Part shown: positions 46,961 to 59,982 of the stretch, one piece after another
Layout of the letters: each line of letters begins with the position of its first letter
Numbering within the stretch: position 1 is the first letter of the stretch
Origin: Lama guanicoe
Lineage: Eukaryota
Direction: 5' to 3'
NCBI GenBank assembly: GCA_013239625.1
Contig: MU053216.1
Coordinates: 2,074,943-2,134,942, forward strand
DNA length: 60,000 bases
Position numbers and translations under genes: made by a program
The notes under the pieces: model-generated
What the model saw: only the letters and a program-made list of their open reading frames with translations
What the model was told of the DNA's origin: nothing
Databases searched by the model: none

Positions 46961-49900
46961 ATTAGTGGTCCTGTCGAACCTTCCAATCCAGTTAGCACTT
47001 GGTTCCTGCTGCCTCCCGCCTAGTTCCGGTCCCAGTTTCTAAGTCCTGCTCGAATTCATCTGTAAACTTCAGACCTTGGGCGAACGCACTGGCCTCGCTC
47101 TCTGTAAGAGGTCGTCCGCTTGCGTTTTGTTACAGCAGAAGCCTGGCTGATTTGCCGTGACGTTCCCGCACCGATGCCCCCAGCCCCACGCCGTGAAGTC
47201 CGTGGTGGTGGTGCGAGGTGGGGTGGGGAGGCTCTGCGGTTCGGAGGCTGCGTATCAGGCGTTACTGAGAAGGGAGGATGGAAAAGCCCAGGTGTAACAA
47301 AGGGCTGGTTACTAGTGATCTGTAGGTCCGGAAGCCTTCCTGGAATTTCGTGGGGAAGTGTGAGCTGGGGTTTCCTGATCCACGTGGGCAGTGAAGGAGA
47401 GAAAAACTTTACCTCCATCACTTACAGATCAACACAGAACTTAGCGTGGAGCCAACCTCTCGGTTTTTCCTTGAGAGAACTTCATAGTGCATCACATATC
47501 TCCTTTTTCTCTCCTGAAATCCCACAAAAGTCCTTTGGTTAAAATGCAGGTCTTGCTCTAGAAGGAAGTTTACAGGGATGTTAAATGCTGGGACAACCAG
47601 GATTCCCACATGTGGGATATCAGGGCATTCAGTCCACTCTGGTTAAGCCTTTGGGATCGAAAAGTCCTGGCTGATTGAATGTGTAACCTTATAACTTTAA
47701 ATGCCCTTTACTCTGAAGGTCTACAGTTCTCCTTTTTAAAAATATTTCTTAAAGATTAAGAATTCTCTGAGTTTCTCGACCCTGGGTAAAGTCCACGGGG
47801 CAGTCCGAGTTCTAGCCTCTGCTCTGTGAATGTTAAACTTACAACAGCTTTATGTCGTGGGTGAGTCTCTGAATGATACAGTCTGGGGATTCTGAATTTA
47901 TGAATGAACAGGCCGCTTTGAATTCCTCATGGGAGCAGGTGCCCTGTGCCGTTCAAAGGTAACTCCCCTTAGGTTTGCATCTTGTGTGTCTGTCTCGGGC
48001 CCCTGATGCTGAGTGCTGCGTCAGGCCTTGAAAGGAAAAGGCACAGCAAAAGGAGAGAGTCCAGGAAAGGGGTGTAACGCCAGCAGACAGTCGCTTCCTC
48101 GGAGTCCGGGGAGAGTCCGGGCTCTCTTGTGCTCCATGATTCTCCTTATTTTAAGTGTCTGATTTTGTGAAGCTAAATTCATAAGAAATAAGGTTGCTGA
48201 ACAGTTTTGAAAAAAAAAATCGGGAATGAAAATTATTACGTATAATGATAAGAAGAGACCAAGCCAGGCTAGGTTTAAAAGACGTCCAGTCAGGTGTCCT
48301 CAGACATGGTGGATCTGAGGTAGAAAGATGAACAGGTTGTGGCTGCGGAGGGGAGGGGCAAGCAGGGGGGTACGTGCCGGAGCTGAGCTCAGGGGGTGAC
48401 CTTTTGTCCTTCCCTTTGGTCTCAGGACAGTTCTCACCCCATCCAGGCAGTGAGGGGTTTGAAGTTCAAAAGCTTGAGGGCAGCTTTCCGTAAACTCAAA
48501 CTCAAAAGTGTTTGTGAAAGTGAGCCAGAACATTAACGGGGGAGGCTAGGGTTAGTGGCCAGTCGAGCAAGTTAGGGTTAGGGTCAGTGACGCGTGGAGC
48601 AAGTCCCCCGATCCGGCTGCGGCAGAACAAAAGCAACCCCAACCCCAGTTCCTCCAGAAAGCACGCGGCCAAGTTCCCGCGTCTTCAGCCGGCTCTGCGC
48701 CCGGCCCGGCCCGGCCCGGCCTTAATGAATGTGAAACCACAGGCCCTGCAAGATCAGTCACAGGAAAGCAGGAGACAGGCGCAAGTAAGTCTTTGCAGGA
48801 AGGAGGAGGAAAGGGGTAAGAGGGGAGAGAGGGTCCGATCCCGAGGACAAACTGGGATGTTCCGAACGGCCATCAGTCTCCCGTTTGACTAATGTGAGTG
48901 CGTCTCAGGCTAGGGGCTTAAAAATAACTTACACGGAGAAAACTCTTGGAGTCAAAGAGAGACTTGTTTTTCAGCAAATATTGGAAGCTGCTTAAAATTC
49001 ACTATTTCATTCAATTAAATAATTTCACAACTTTTAAAATCATTTAGAGAAAGAATTGCTCTTTAAAAAGGAAAGTTAAAAAAAGGTAGTTTCTTTAATG
49101 TTTTTCCTACGTTGCAGAAGTCATCACCTGTAAACTGCTGGTAGACCAGAACTCTGCTGGACCGTGTGGCGTACACTAGTTGCTTCCCTGATGCAAATTG
49201 GCTTTGACATCCTTTATGTGTTACATCACTCGCTTGTAATTTCTTAAAAGGAACTACATGATATAGGTTCTAATGGGGGCCGCCTTTAAATGTGAGCATT
49301 TAACTGCATGACTTCAGCATGGCGTTCGGGGCTTCTTGTACAGACTGTATACACCGTTCCGTGATAACTCGCTCCAGCGATAGCACAGCCACGATTTATT
49401 AGCATTTTCATGCTGCACATGCTTCATCTTGTTTTTTCCTCTCTACATCCTATTTTTTCAATTGAGAAGAAGCAGATGTTCGGGAACGTTAAGCAGTTTG
49501 CCCAGGCTTTGAAGTTAGTTTTGTCTGATAAAAACCCCTCAACTGGGTTGTTTTCAACTCTGCCTTGACACATTTAAGCAAACCCTTGAAAGTCCGTGTA
49601 TCTGTCCTACATATATTCAAGAATGTGTTACTTAGAAAACCCTAAGTATACAAGTAAATTTGAAAAGCTTTATTAAATTATCATTCAAGTTTTTTCATCA
49701 TTGAATGGAGGTGACACACTGCAGTTATTAGCTCAAATATGTATTTAGTTTGCAAGGGTCACCAAGAAGCAATTACAATTGGATAAAAAAGAAACATTTA
49801 CTTCAGATCATTTAGTGAGTAATAGGATTTCATACCTGTTTAAGTTAACAATTAGGGGTGCTGAAGTATGTAGATGTATAATATACATACCCAAAGATGT

Positions 49901-52900
49901 AAGTCTGGTGACATATTTTGTGTCTGAGAAATACAAATCGATGAAATGCTAGTTGAATGTTTCCTTCTAGACAGACAGGTTTCTAGTGCTTTACCATCTG
50001 CCTCTCATCGCCCAGGAAGGGACATCTGACGCTCCTGTTGTGACAACCTGGAGAGTAAGTTAGGAAGGTGTTCTTCTGCTCAAGTTACTGGCTTTGCCCT
50101 GGGATGTCTTTCCAGCCTGACCCGCCTAGGAAACGCCTTTCAAGAATCTGATGCTGGTAACTTACAAATCTTCATCTCAAGCCCAAACCCGTCCTCAGCT
50201 CCTGTTCCAGGTCTTACACTGCTCGCTAGTCCCTCTACTCGGATTCTTCTGGGTCGTCTCAACCCCCCACGAGACCCTTTCCCGTGGCCTCCTCTCTGTG
50301 ACCCCATACGGGGAGTGGGTTATTCTCTTTTTGGCACCTCTGCTGTACATTGTACCAGCTTCTGAGATAGCGTCTGAAATGCTTTATTCGAGGTCTGAAA
50401 ATAGTTGACCCACAGTTCACCATCTTTTTCATTTATGGACCCTGATGATTACAATAACAGCTATCATCATTGCTAACATATGCTGAGTTCATATGAACGT
50501 GGTAGGCACTTGATGCCAAGAGAGTAGAAGTGATTGGCCAGATAAAACCCCTTTGCCATTTCTGCAAATAAATTTTTTTATTCGTCCTTACAGACATGCT
50601 AGTTCCTGATGGCACTTGTAGGCAGATTAACAAGTCAGCGAGTGAATAGGTGTATGAATGTTATATGCGTGAGTAGACAAGTCACTCTCTTCTTTGATGG
50701 GGTTTTGGTGGAACAGTCACTTGAGGGAACTCAGAGTGTGTCTTCGTGGACAGTCTGCTCCGTGGGAGAGGGCGTGTCTGATGACGGCCGTCGAGCAGTC
50801 CAGCTGCTGCTTGAGCAGTGAGTCATGTTAACCCACCGAAGTTTAAAAACAAGAAGCTTCTCTTCTGTGAGTTGAGGGAAAAGTGCCACAGCAACTACCT
50901 GTGACAAGTATGCAATATTCATCGTGCAGCTAATTCATTTTTAATATGTGCCTGTTTAATTAGCAACCAAAGAGGGCCGGCTGCCTCACACAGCCAAAGC
51001 ACGTATCTCATGCCGGTGTGAAAGCGTAGACCAGGACCCGGCTTGCAACTTCACATGCACTTCAAGATTTATGACCCCTCCATGACACTTAAAAAGTCCT
51101 CTCGAGCCAAATTATAATTATTAAGTAGTTAGAATGTTAATTACACGATGCGTTTCCTCTTTATGGAGAGAGATGTTATCCGAGAGAGCTTTGACTGCAG
51201 GAGGCTTGTGGGATCGGGGCCTTGGTGGAATTTTGTTTTTCCGTGGACTAGAAGCATATTAAAAAATTATGTCTCTAAAAGAGAAAAAAAAAATAATTCA
51301 TCACGAATCAGTGAATTGCTTTGGTCTCCATACCCAGAGAACAGTCTCGGTTCTATCCTGGGAAGTCCTGAGTTCATTTTATTTATTTGTCTAAATGTTT
51401 CAGAACGATGGAGTCGGTCACTCCTCTGTCTCTCTTGTTTCCTGTTTCCTACGGGATGCGGCCTCTATATCATTCTGCAGAGTCAGGTGGAAGGAAGAGG
51501 AAGCCCTGCGAAATGGATTTTAGAAAAACAGGAGAAAATGACTCTTACTCTTAAATGTTTAAAAGAGGAATCAGCGAACAGACTTCAGACTTAGAACTTT
51601 GTGCAGCATTTTTGTAATTACGCCCTTAGAATATATGATGTGTTTTTATTTTCATAATTAACGGGAAATACATGTTATGTATTAGACGTGACACCAGAGA
51701 GATGAATTATGCAGTCAGCTCAGTGTGTGCCGATGAGCACAAAGCCCAAGGCACGCTCAGCCCAGTTCCCGGGAAGGCCTGTAATGAGTCTCAAGTACAC
51801 AGCTTCCTGACAGAGGGGAAAGAAACATCCATCAATGCAAATTTCTGCACATCTTTTCAGCTTTTATGAATACTTTACAACTTCTAAAAACAACGAATTT
51901 CCAAAGTGCAACTCGAGCAGATTCTGTGAGCAATTTTGTATCAGGCCGTTTAGGCTCAGTGGGATCCTCAAAGCTACGCCAGGCCCTGCGCCCGTGTGCG
52001 CCGGCTCTGCCCGGAGTGTGCGGGGCACCAGTGCCCAGGCCCACCCGGGCCGGTGCTGTGCAGCTGAGCACCTGGTTAGTGTCCAGCCTGTGGTGTCAGT
52101 GCGTCGGCAGACAGATTCTCCCGTGGACCACAGAGCAAACGTGTTTGCAGATGAAACAGGCTTCTTAAGTTTACTTTCATATACGTACACAGAGTGAACA
52201 TGCGTATTTTATTCATTTCATTCTTTTGAAGAGTGGAGCTTGCTGGGAATATCTGAAGATACATGTTGGATTGAACTTTCATTTTCTATTAGAGCAGCAT
52301 GTAAACATACGCTAATGAGGAGTGAAGGAAAACGCTGGTGGAGCAAAATTGTGTCGAACATTAAATAAACATTAAAAGTTACAGGACGCCGAGGTCCTTA
52401 GAGATTCTTTATAGAATAACGTATAGTTATTGTGTAAGGAAGTCCGATAAGCAACAGCCTCCTAATTGGTTCCTAACACGTCTTCCCTCCCCCTCCTCCC
52501 AGTCTGTTTTCCACAATAAAGAGTTGTCCTGAAAAGCTGGTTTGGTCGCGGGGCTTCCCTGCTGAAAGTGTGAGGGCTGATCGCCCCGTCCTGACCCCAG
52601 CCGGTCCCGCGAGCACCCCCCAACCTCGGTCCCTGAACTGCAGGTGTAGGGCGCGGGGCGGGGGTGGGGGAGGGTCTCCCCAGATGTCCCCCGAGCAGTG
52701 CTTCTCCCCTGGAGTCCACTGCCCTCTTTTTTATACCCAAATCACAGGCAGTATGTCACGCCCTGTTTTTACACTGCTTCTTCATCTTGCCTGTTCTCTG
52801 TTCTCTGACAGAGATGTTACAGAGCAACAGCCAGCGCCTCTCCCAACACCGTATGAAATGTACAGAGAAGCTATCACCTGGCTCCCCTCCCTGGGTGTAC

Positions 52901-55039
52901 GTCATGTTGTGCGTGTGGAAAGGGACGGGTGCCCTTCCCGCCATCTCACAGAGAGCGGACACGTGGCCAGCCTCGATCCGCTGAGTCAGGATGGCCCCGT
53001 CCCGAGCACACGCCCAGCTCCCCGCACGGAGTGGTCCCTGAGTGTTCAGTGGATGCTTGTTAACAAAGGGAACTTGCCTGATTGATGCGTCTTAGGAGTT
53101 AGCAGGTGGAAGGAAGTGGAATCATTTTAACGATACTGTACGTCAACTTATTTTAAATACCATGTAACTTTTCTTTTTCTGCAAGTACATCAACACCTGC
53201 TGCAATAAAGACTCTTACTCTTGGTCTCAGCAAAAAAAAGAACACAGAATGAGTGCCCGGTGATCATGAAGAACTGCAGCTTCCTGAGAACCGGGTGTGC
53301 AGGTGGTTTTTATTTTCTTCTCACTTCCGTGCGGCTCTGAGAGTTGGCATTAGGACTCTCGTTTTTCTCACTGGAGGACGGAACCACGCAGCCCCGAGCG
53401 CTCTGGTGGCCAATGGTGGCGTGGGGACTTGAGGCAGATTTGTTTGATCCAAAGGAAACCATCTTCCCACTGTGCCACTCGGGCTATTTCCACAGACCAC
53501 AGGCTTAAAAGGTTCCTCTCAGCCCAGGAAGTCACTGCTCTGAGGCTCCTTACCAAGAACGCATTCTTCTCCATTCCCCAAAGCTGAACAGGGGAGACCA
53601 GCGTGTCAGTCGTGACGAAGGCGAGAGGGGGACAGAAGATCTCCTGCGTAACCTGAGCCCCTTCCTTCTCCATCTTCATGGATTCAGATTCAGGAATGAG
53701 AATAACATTCCTGATCTCTTATGCTATTTTCTGATTCTTGTGGGAAGAGGGAGTATCACAAAAATGCGCTCAGAATTGGGTGACACACGGATGGACTCAT
53801 GGACAGACCGGGTGCCCGTCTCACTTTCACTGTCTACGCAAGGAATAGCACTTCAGCAACTACGAAGCCCAAACCGTGGCAGAGCATGGAAGAGCCTGGA
53901 GGCCACACAGTCCGTCGGAGGTTCTGTTACGCTAACTGGCTGAAGAGCTTGTCAGTGTCTCCTGGGTACGAACGCCTCCTCTGTGATCACCCGAAAAGGT
54001 TTCCAGCACTGTAGCTGGTCCTAATTCACGAAGAACGGTGATCTCCTTTCTCCACTGGGTTTCACACGTCAGGCAATAAGCCACACTTAAGGCGTACTAA
54101 TGCTGTCCTGTTCGAGTCCCAGTGTCTCCCCGCATACACGACCGATGATGACCGGATGTCCTGTTTCAATGGTGTCTTTCAAGAGAAAGTTTGACACTCC
54201 TTGTCTCAGTGTCCGCAGGGTTCCTGTGGTCACTGTATTTCCTCACCGTGGATTAGGGACGCCCCGTGTTCAGGATAAACTCTGTCTCTGAATAATCCAC
54301 GTATAAACTGATTCAATGGACGTGGTTTTCCTGGGGCAGGAGGAGGAGGGGTGAGGATGGGTGTGTGTGCGCGCGCGCAGGGGGTTGGTGGAACTGGTTT
54401 CATCTGCATTAAATCCTTCTATTTTAATGGACACAGGGGAGGATGCTGGTGGCGCTAAATACGTCGACCTCTTTCCATAGTCAAGCCAGCTCCACGAGAT
54501 GCTTATTCTGATGTTTGTTTTAGAGATTAAGAAACCAAAACACCTTTTGTGGAAAGGTGGCAGATTGTATAGATGCATCTGACTTTATTTCTTCTGAAAC
54601 CTCAGTGAAAATACAGCAAAGAGATTTTTATAAATTAAAACCAGTGGGATGGAGAAAATGGGAGAAGGCAGCACGTAAGAAAGCTGGAAAGCAGACAGGG
54701 GAGAGAGAGTGGACTTGGCAGGCCCCAGAAGAGCCAAATCCCGCTCGAAACACGGAAAGCTGGGTCCAGTCGGGTGTGGAATCCTCAAAAGGCCCAGAAA
54801 CGCCCGGCACCAGGTACTTCGGAGGTGGGAGCAGCGGGCGTAGGGAGCCAAGAAAGAAAAAGTTCTGGAAACTGTCGGGTCCTCAGGTACCCTCTCCCGC
54901 TCTCTGCTGCTGGCGGGCTGTTCATTCCAACCTGCCGGAGTGCTTCAAGGCTCGGCCCCTGGAGAGGGCGGAGCCAGGCCTGACACGGGGAGGCCTGACA
55001 CCGTCCCGGGGACCCCAGGAATCTCTGTGTTTGAAACTG

Positions 55040-56550
55040 GCTGAAACTGACATCCCTCGGCCCTCCTTGGGCTGCTCCGCACCCGCAGACCTTGTCCTGC
55101 AGGCGGGAGATCGGGGGGCCTAGTCTGGGGAGGCAGAGCAGAAGCCCGAGAGGGAAGAGCTGGGGATTCCGCGTCACAGGGCGCCCCCCGCGTGGGCCCG
55201 ACAGTCACCCCGCGTGCCGCTGCGTGCGAGGTGGCGCCCACTGCACAGGGCTTACCAGTCCTCCCAACTCTGTTTTAAGCCTTACTCCACTCTGAAAATG
55301 GACACAAGTATGGTAGGGTAATACAGTGTATGCACAGCCGAAGTGATTGTTATACCCCCCCCCCCCGACTCTGCTCGCATCGCGTCCGGGCCCCCGCGGC
55401 TCCTCCGCAGCCCCGGGACGGCCCCGCCCTGCCCGCCCGGCGCGCGCCTGCTCGCTCTCCTGCTTCGGCAGCTGCGTGCGGCTCCTTGGCCGCTGCCTGC
55501 TTGGACCTTCACGTGAAAGGAACACGAGGAGTGCGCGTTGCTGCGTGGCTTTAGCGGTGAGGCCGAAGTGTGTCCCTTGTTGCCACTGGTGTCCGCGCAC
55601 ACCCCGCTCATCTCACCGACGCCGGGGCCGCCTCTCGTTCGGGCCCGCTGGGGACGACGTCGCCGCGGTGCGGGGGTGCCGTCCTCGGCTCCTTCAGGGC
55701 GGGGGCTGCTGGGTGTCTCCGGTAAAGGGCCAGCCAGCGACCGCTGTGGGTCCCCCGGGCCGTGCAGCCTCTCAAGTCCGTGCGAAGGCGCCCCGGGCGC
55801 CGCGGGCGGCACAGCAGCGCGCGCTCTCAGCCGCGGGCGGCAGCTGGGTTTGACCTGGGGCTTCGCGGGCTGGCCCTCCGTCTAGGGCGCGTACCGGGGG
55901 TGAACCGCTGGCTGTGAGGTAAGCCTGTCTCTCGCGTAAATAACGTCAAAGTGGTTTTCAAAGTAGCTGCGCCCGTTTATAGTCCCCCGTCGTCCCCCAG
56001 GCCAAGTATGAGGGCGAGCATCTCCCAGTGCCTTCCACACCAGCTGCTGGTGCCGCCAGACGCGTCGTCTTAGCCGCTCCGGTGACGCGGGCTGGTGCCT
56101 CCTGTGGCCGTCGGTCTCAAGTCCCTGACGCGTTATAAACATTCCCTGCCAATTAGATGGTTGAGTTTTTCTTTTTCTTTTTTTCTTTTGAGAAGTGCCC
56201 GACAGGTTACTGTGCTTGGAATGTTTGTGTCCCCCTAAAATTCATGTTGACCCCCAAAGGTGATAGCATTCGGAGGAGTGGTCTCTGGACAGCGATGAGG
56301 TGGTGAGGGTGGAGCCCTCTGAGGGGATTAGAGTTCTGAGAAAAGACGCCCCGCACCCGGCGAGGAGGTGCCAGCCCTGAGCGAGGGGCCCGGCTCTCCC
56401 CAGAGCGGCCCCTCCCTGGCGCCTTGAGCTTGGACCGTCGCATCCAGCGCCGGGAGCAGTGCATGTGTGTTCTCTGTAAGCGGCGCAGCCTCTGGTGTTT
56501 GCTGTAGCGTCCCAAACGGACGGAGACACCAGGGACCCGCCCGTCTCCCG
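55040..56550. promoter_or_regulatory. CpG island, largely overlapping transposon fossils
   Basis: Very high GC and CpG density; donor-like GAG|GTAAGC at 55919. Regulatory function is not shown. Confidence 0.6.
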
Positions 56551-56760
56551 CCCCGACTTTTCTGTTAGGTTTTCTGTTATTTTCTTACTGATTTGTAAAA
56601 TGTGCTTAAATATATTGGATGTGAGACTTTTTAAAGTTGTTTGGGTATAAATACTTTCTCCAGTTTCATGGTGTGTTTTTAATACTCTATTAATAGAACT
56701 TTTAAATGAACATATATTCTTTGTTTAATTGGTGTCATAATTCAAATTCCCTTTAACACT
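55370..56760 (-). mobile_element. Ancient L1M 3' end, strongly GC-shifted, interrupted by MLT1A
   Basis: Colinear L1M-like landmarks: TGCCTGCTTGGACCTTCACGTGAAAGGAA, GCTGCTGGGTGTCTCCGGTAA, GTGGTTTTCAAAGTAGCTGCGCCCGTTTA, CTTAGCCGCTCCGGTG, CTTTTGAGAAGTGCC, then CTTACTGATTTGTAAAATGTGCTTAAATATATT. Confidence 0.65.
56207..56528 (+). mobile_element. MLT1A-like MaLR solo LTR
   Basis: GAATGTTTGTGTCCCCCTAAAATTCATGTTG...GAGGGTGGAGCCCTC...GGCGCCTTGAGCTTGGAC...AACGGACGGAGACA; 5 bp TSD ACAGG / CCAGG. Confidence 0.85.
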
Positions 56761-56781
56761 GTATTTTTGATATACAGGCTT

Positions 56782-57468
56782 TTAAAAATATTGAAGTAGA
56801 GTTGATTTAAAGTAGTGTGTTAGTTTCAGGTACACAGCAGAGCGGTTCAGTTATATACGTATAATTTTTTTAGGTCATTTTCCGTAACAGGTTGTTACAA
56901 GATGTTGATTGTAGTTCCTTGTATTATGCAGTAAATCCTTTTTACTTACCTATTTTATACATAGTAATTATGTTAATCCCAAACTCCTAATTTATCCCTC
57001 CTCCGCCCATTTCCCCTTTGATAACCATGTCTGTTTTATATGTCTGTGAAGTCTGTTTCTGTTTTGTATATAGATTCATTTGCATTATTTTTTAGATTCC
57101 ACATATAAGTGACATTATATGATATTTGTCTCTCTCTGTCTGACTTACTTCACTTAGTATGATCATCTCTGGGTCCATTCATGTTGCTGCAAATGACATT
57201 ATTTCATTCTTTTTTATGGCTGAGTAGTATTCCATTGCATAAATATACCACATCTTTTTTATCCAGTTGCTTCCATGTCTTGGCTACTGTAAATAGTGCT
57301 GCTGTGAACATTGGGGTGCATGTGTCTTTTTGAATTAGGGTTTTTGTCTTTTGTGGATACACGCCTGGGAGCAGGGTTGCTGGGTGGTATGCTCTTATTT
57401 TGAGTTTTTTGAGGAACCTCCATACTGTTTTCTATAGTGGCTGCACCAATTTACATTCCAACTGACAG
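56782..57468 (-). mobile_element. LINE-1 3' end
   Basis: TTGAAGTAGAGTTGATTT...AGATTCCACATATAAGTG...GAGGAACCTCCATACTGTTTTCTATAGTGGCTGCACC. Confidence 0.92.
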
Positions 57469-58263
57469 TAGCACTGGTGTTTTTGTGTTCTATTTAAAAA
57501 CAACTTTTCCTACCCTGAACGCTTGAAAATATTCTACACTTTGTTTTGATCACTTGTTTTGCCCTAGATGTTTATGTCTACCATCCATTTGAAATTTCAT
57601 TTAAAAAATATATTCTTAGCTCTTAAGTTAGCCATCAAGTTTTAATTGTTTTCTGTGTGGATAGCTGGCTGGCCCAGCACTGCTGGCTGAAGACACCGCT
57701 GTCCTCTGCAGTGCTGTGTTTGTGACACATCAGTGCTCCATCTGGCTCCTCCTGGCTGCTCCTCTGGCCTTTTTGATGCTTCTTGCCCCAGTGCACGCTG
57801 CCTTTCATGCTACTGCTTTGCAAGTCTTGGTATCGGGTGGGACAGGCTATCTTCACTTGTGTTTCATTCCTGCAACCCGTATAAACCAAGGGTATGCATT
57901 TCACTGCCGGTCACGTTAGGATCTGCCCTGCTGAGAACCAAAGGCTGGCCACAGACAGCATCTGTCTCCATCTCCCATCCATATTCTTGCTGGATGTCCC
58001 ACGCCAGGACCACACCTCATCCTTGCTGGATCCCCTGGTTGTGATGAGTCCTTTTCTCCAGGACTTACTCACAGCCTTGCCCACAGATCTTCCCAGGAAG
58101 GTTCTGGGAAACTCTCAGAGGAAATAAAGACAGGCCAAGACCTAGAGCTTCCTTGCTTTTCCTCTTTGGGGAACCTTTAGTCACTAGTTTCCTGTCCTGG
58201 GGTATCCAGGCTTATGCTTGCTACTCTATTTGTATATTTGTTACCTTTCACTTAATTTTCTAG

Positions 58264-58796
58264 TTTTTTAAATTTTTATTGAGATATAACTGACACACAA
58301 CATTATATAAGTTTGTAAGTGTATAACATAGTGATTGAATATTTGTATATCTTGCAAAACAATCACCACAATAAATCTAGTTAACACGTGTCACCACACA
58401 TAGTTACAAAATATTTTCTTTCTTGTGATGAGAACTTTTAAGTTACTCCCTTAGGAACTTTCAAATATGCATCACAGCATCATGAACTGTAGACACCATG
58501 TTGTACATCGCATCCCCAGGCTTACCTATAACTGGAAGTTTGTACCTGTGGACCCACCACCACCCGTTTCTCCCACCCCTTGCCCCTCCACTCTGGCAAC
58601 CACCACCCATCTGTTCTCTGTATCTATGAGTTTGTTTTTGCTTTTATTTTATTAAGATTCCACATATAAGTGAGATCATACAGTGTCTGTCTTCCCCTGT
58701 CTGACCTATTTCACTTAGCATAATGCCCTCTGGGTCCATTCATGTTGCTGCAAATGGTAGGATTTCCTTCTTTTTTATGGCCAAATAGTGTTTCAT

Positions 58797-58827
<31 letters not shown>

Positions 58828-59080
58828 TGTGTACATCACATTTTCTTTAGCCAGTCATCTATCAGGGGACACTTAGATTGCTTCTGTATCTTGGCGACTG
58901 TAGACGATACTGCAGTGAACATGGGCTGCAGAAATCTTTCGAGTTAGTGTTTTCTTTTTCTTCAGATAAATAAATACCCAGATGTGAAATTGCTGAATCA
59001 CATGGTGATTCTAGTTTTAAGTTTTTGAGAAACCTCCATAATATTTTCTATCGTGACTGCACCAATTTACATCCCCACGA
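58264..59080 (-). mobile_element. Older L1 (L1MA-like) 3' end with (TG)n at ~58797-58832
   Basis: TTTTTATTGAGATATAACTGACAC...GTGATGAGAACTTTTAAG...AGATTCCACATATAAGTGAGATCATAC...GAGAAACCTCCATA. Confidence 0.88.
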
Positions 59081-59928
59081 ACCTTTCACTTTAATTATGA
59101 TATAAATATTAATCAGGACAATAATAAAATCTTATGTTAATAATTAATATTAATCCTCTGGCACTTTCGACCCGCCTTGTGCATGGGCAGAGAAGCCTTC
59201 CGCTGCTGGCCGAAGGGATGCCCTCAGGCGTGGAGATACCGGTGCGAGTAGTTAGAAGTCAGTGTGGGCGCCCCGAGAGGACCAAGGACTGCGAGGGGCG
59301 GTGGCAGTATCTGCTTCGCTGTGCACGCTTCGAAGTTCACTTCATACCCTCCTTTTTATCAATAAAATAATGCTGTCTCTCCAGTAACAATTCTTCCTGA
59401 GTGTAGGAATGTTTTCTTGAATTATGTGTTTTTTGTATTTTTCTATTTGTGTCGTTCCCTACTGGTGGCACCAATTATGTATAACTTACCTTTATTGTCT
59501 GTCTTTCATATTTACTGTTTGCTCTCCGTTCCTTTAAAACTACTTGCTCATTTCCATGTATTTGGTCAGCTCTTTGTGAAGTCTCTGTCCTTCTGGCCCC
59601 TGCCGTGCCGTGTGTAGTGAGTACCTTTCTGGTTTTGTTTCCATCATGGTTTTTATTTACGTGACGGCTGTTTTTCCTTCTGACGTTTTCTGAACTCTAA
59701 TTGCGCATCTTTTATTTTCTTGCTGTGTCTTCCCCGAACTCTGCTTTAGCTCTTGTTTTAAAGAATTATTATTATTATTATGTTTATTTTATAGCAGTAC
59801 ATTGGGTCCAGATTTTGTCAGTGACATGGCAACATTTTTCTGGTGAATGTTCTTTTTCCAGCATTTGTTTGTTTTTTCCTGTTCCTACTTTTTTCTCCTT
59901 ATGTTATCTACATATAGATTGTCTACTT

Positions 59929-59944
59929 TTATTATTATTATTAT

Positions 59945-59976
<32 letters not shown>

Positions 59977-59982
59977 TTATTA
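59929..59982. repeat. Compound (TTA)n(CTA)n microsatellite
   Basis: Direct reading of the sequence. Confidence 0.95.

Noticed and set aside
48546..48586. Interstitial telomeric repeat (TTAGGG)
   Set aside because: Only two tandem units plus one degenerate copy; compatible with chance.
54557..55885. Multiple long ORFs (115-188 aa)
   Set aside because: GC-rich artefacts; the right-hand ones overlap a transposon fossil, and none resembles a known protein.
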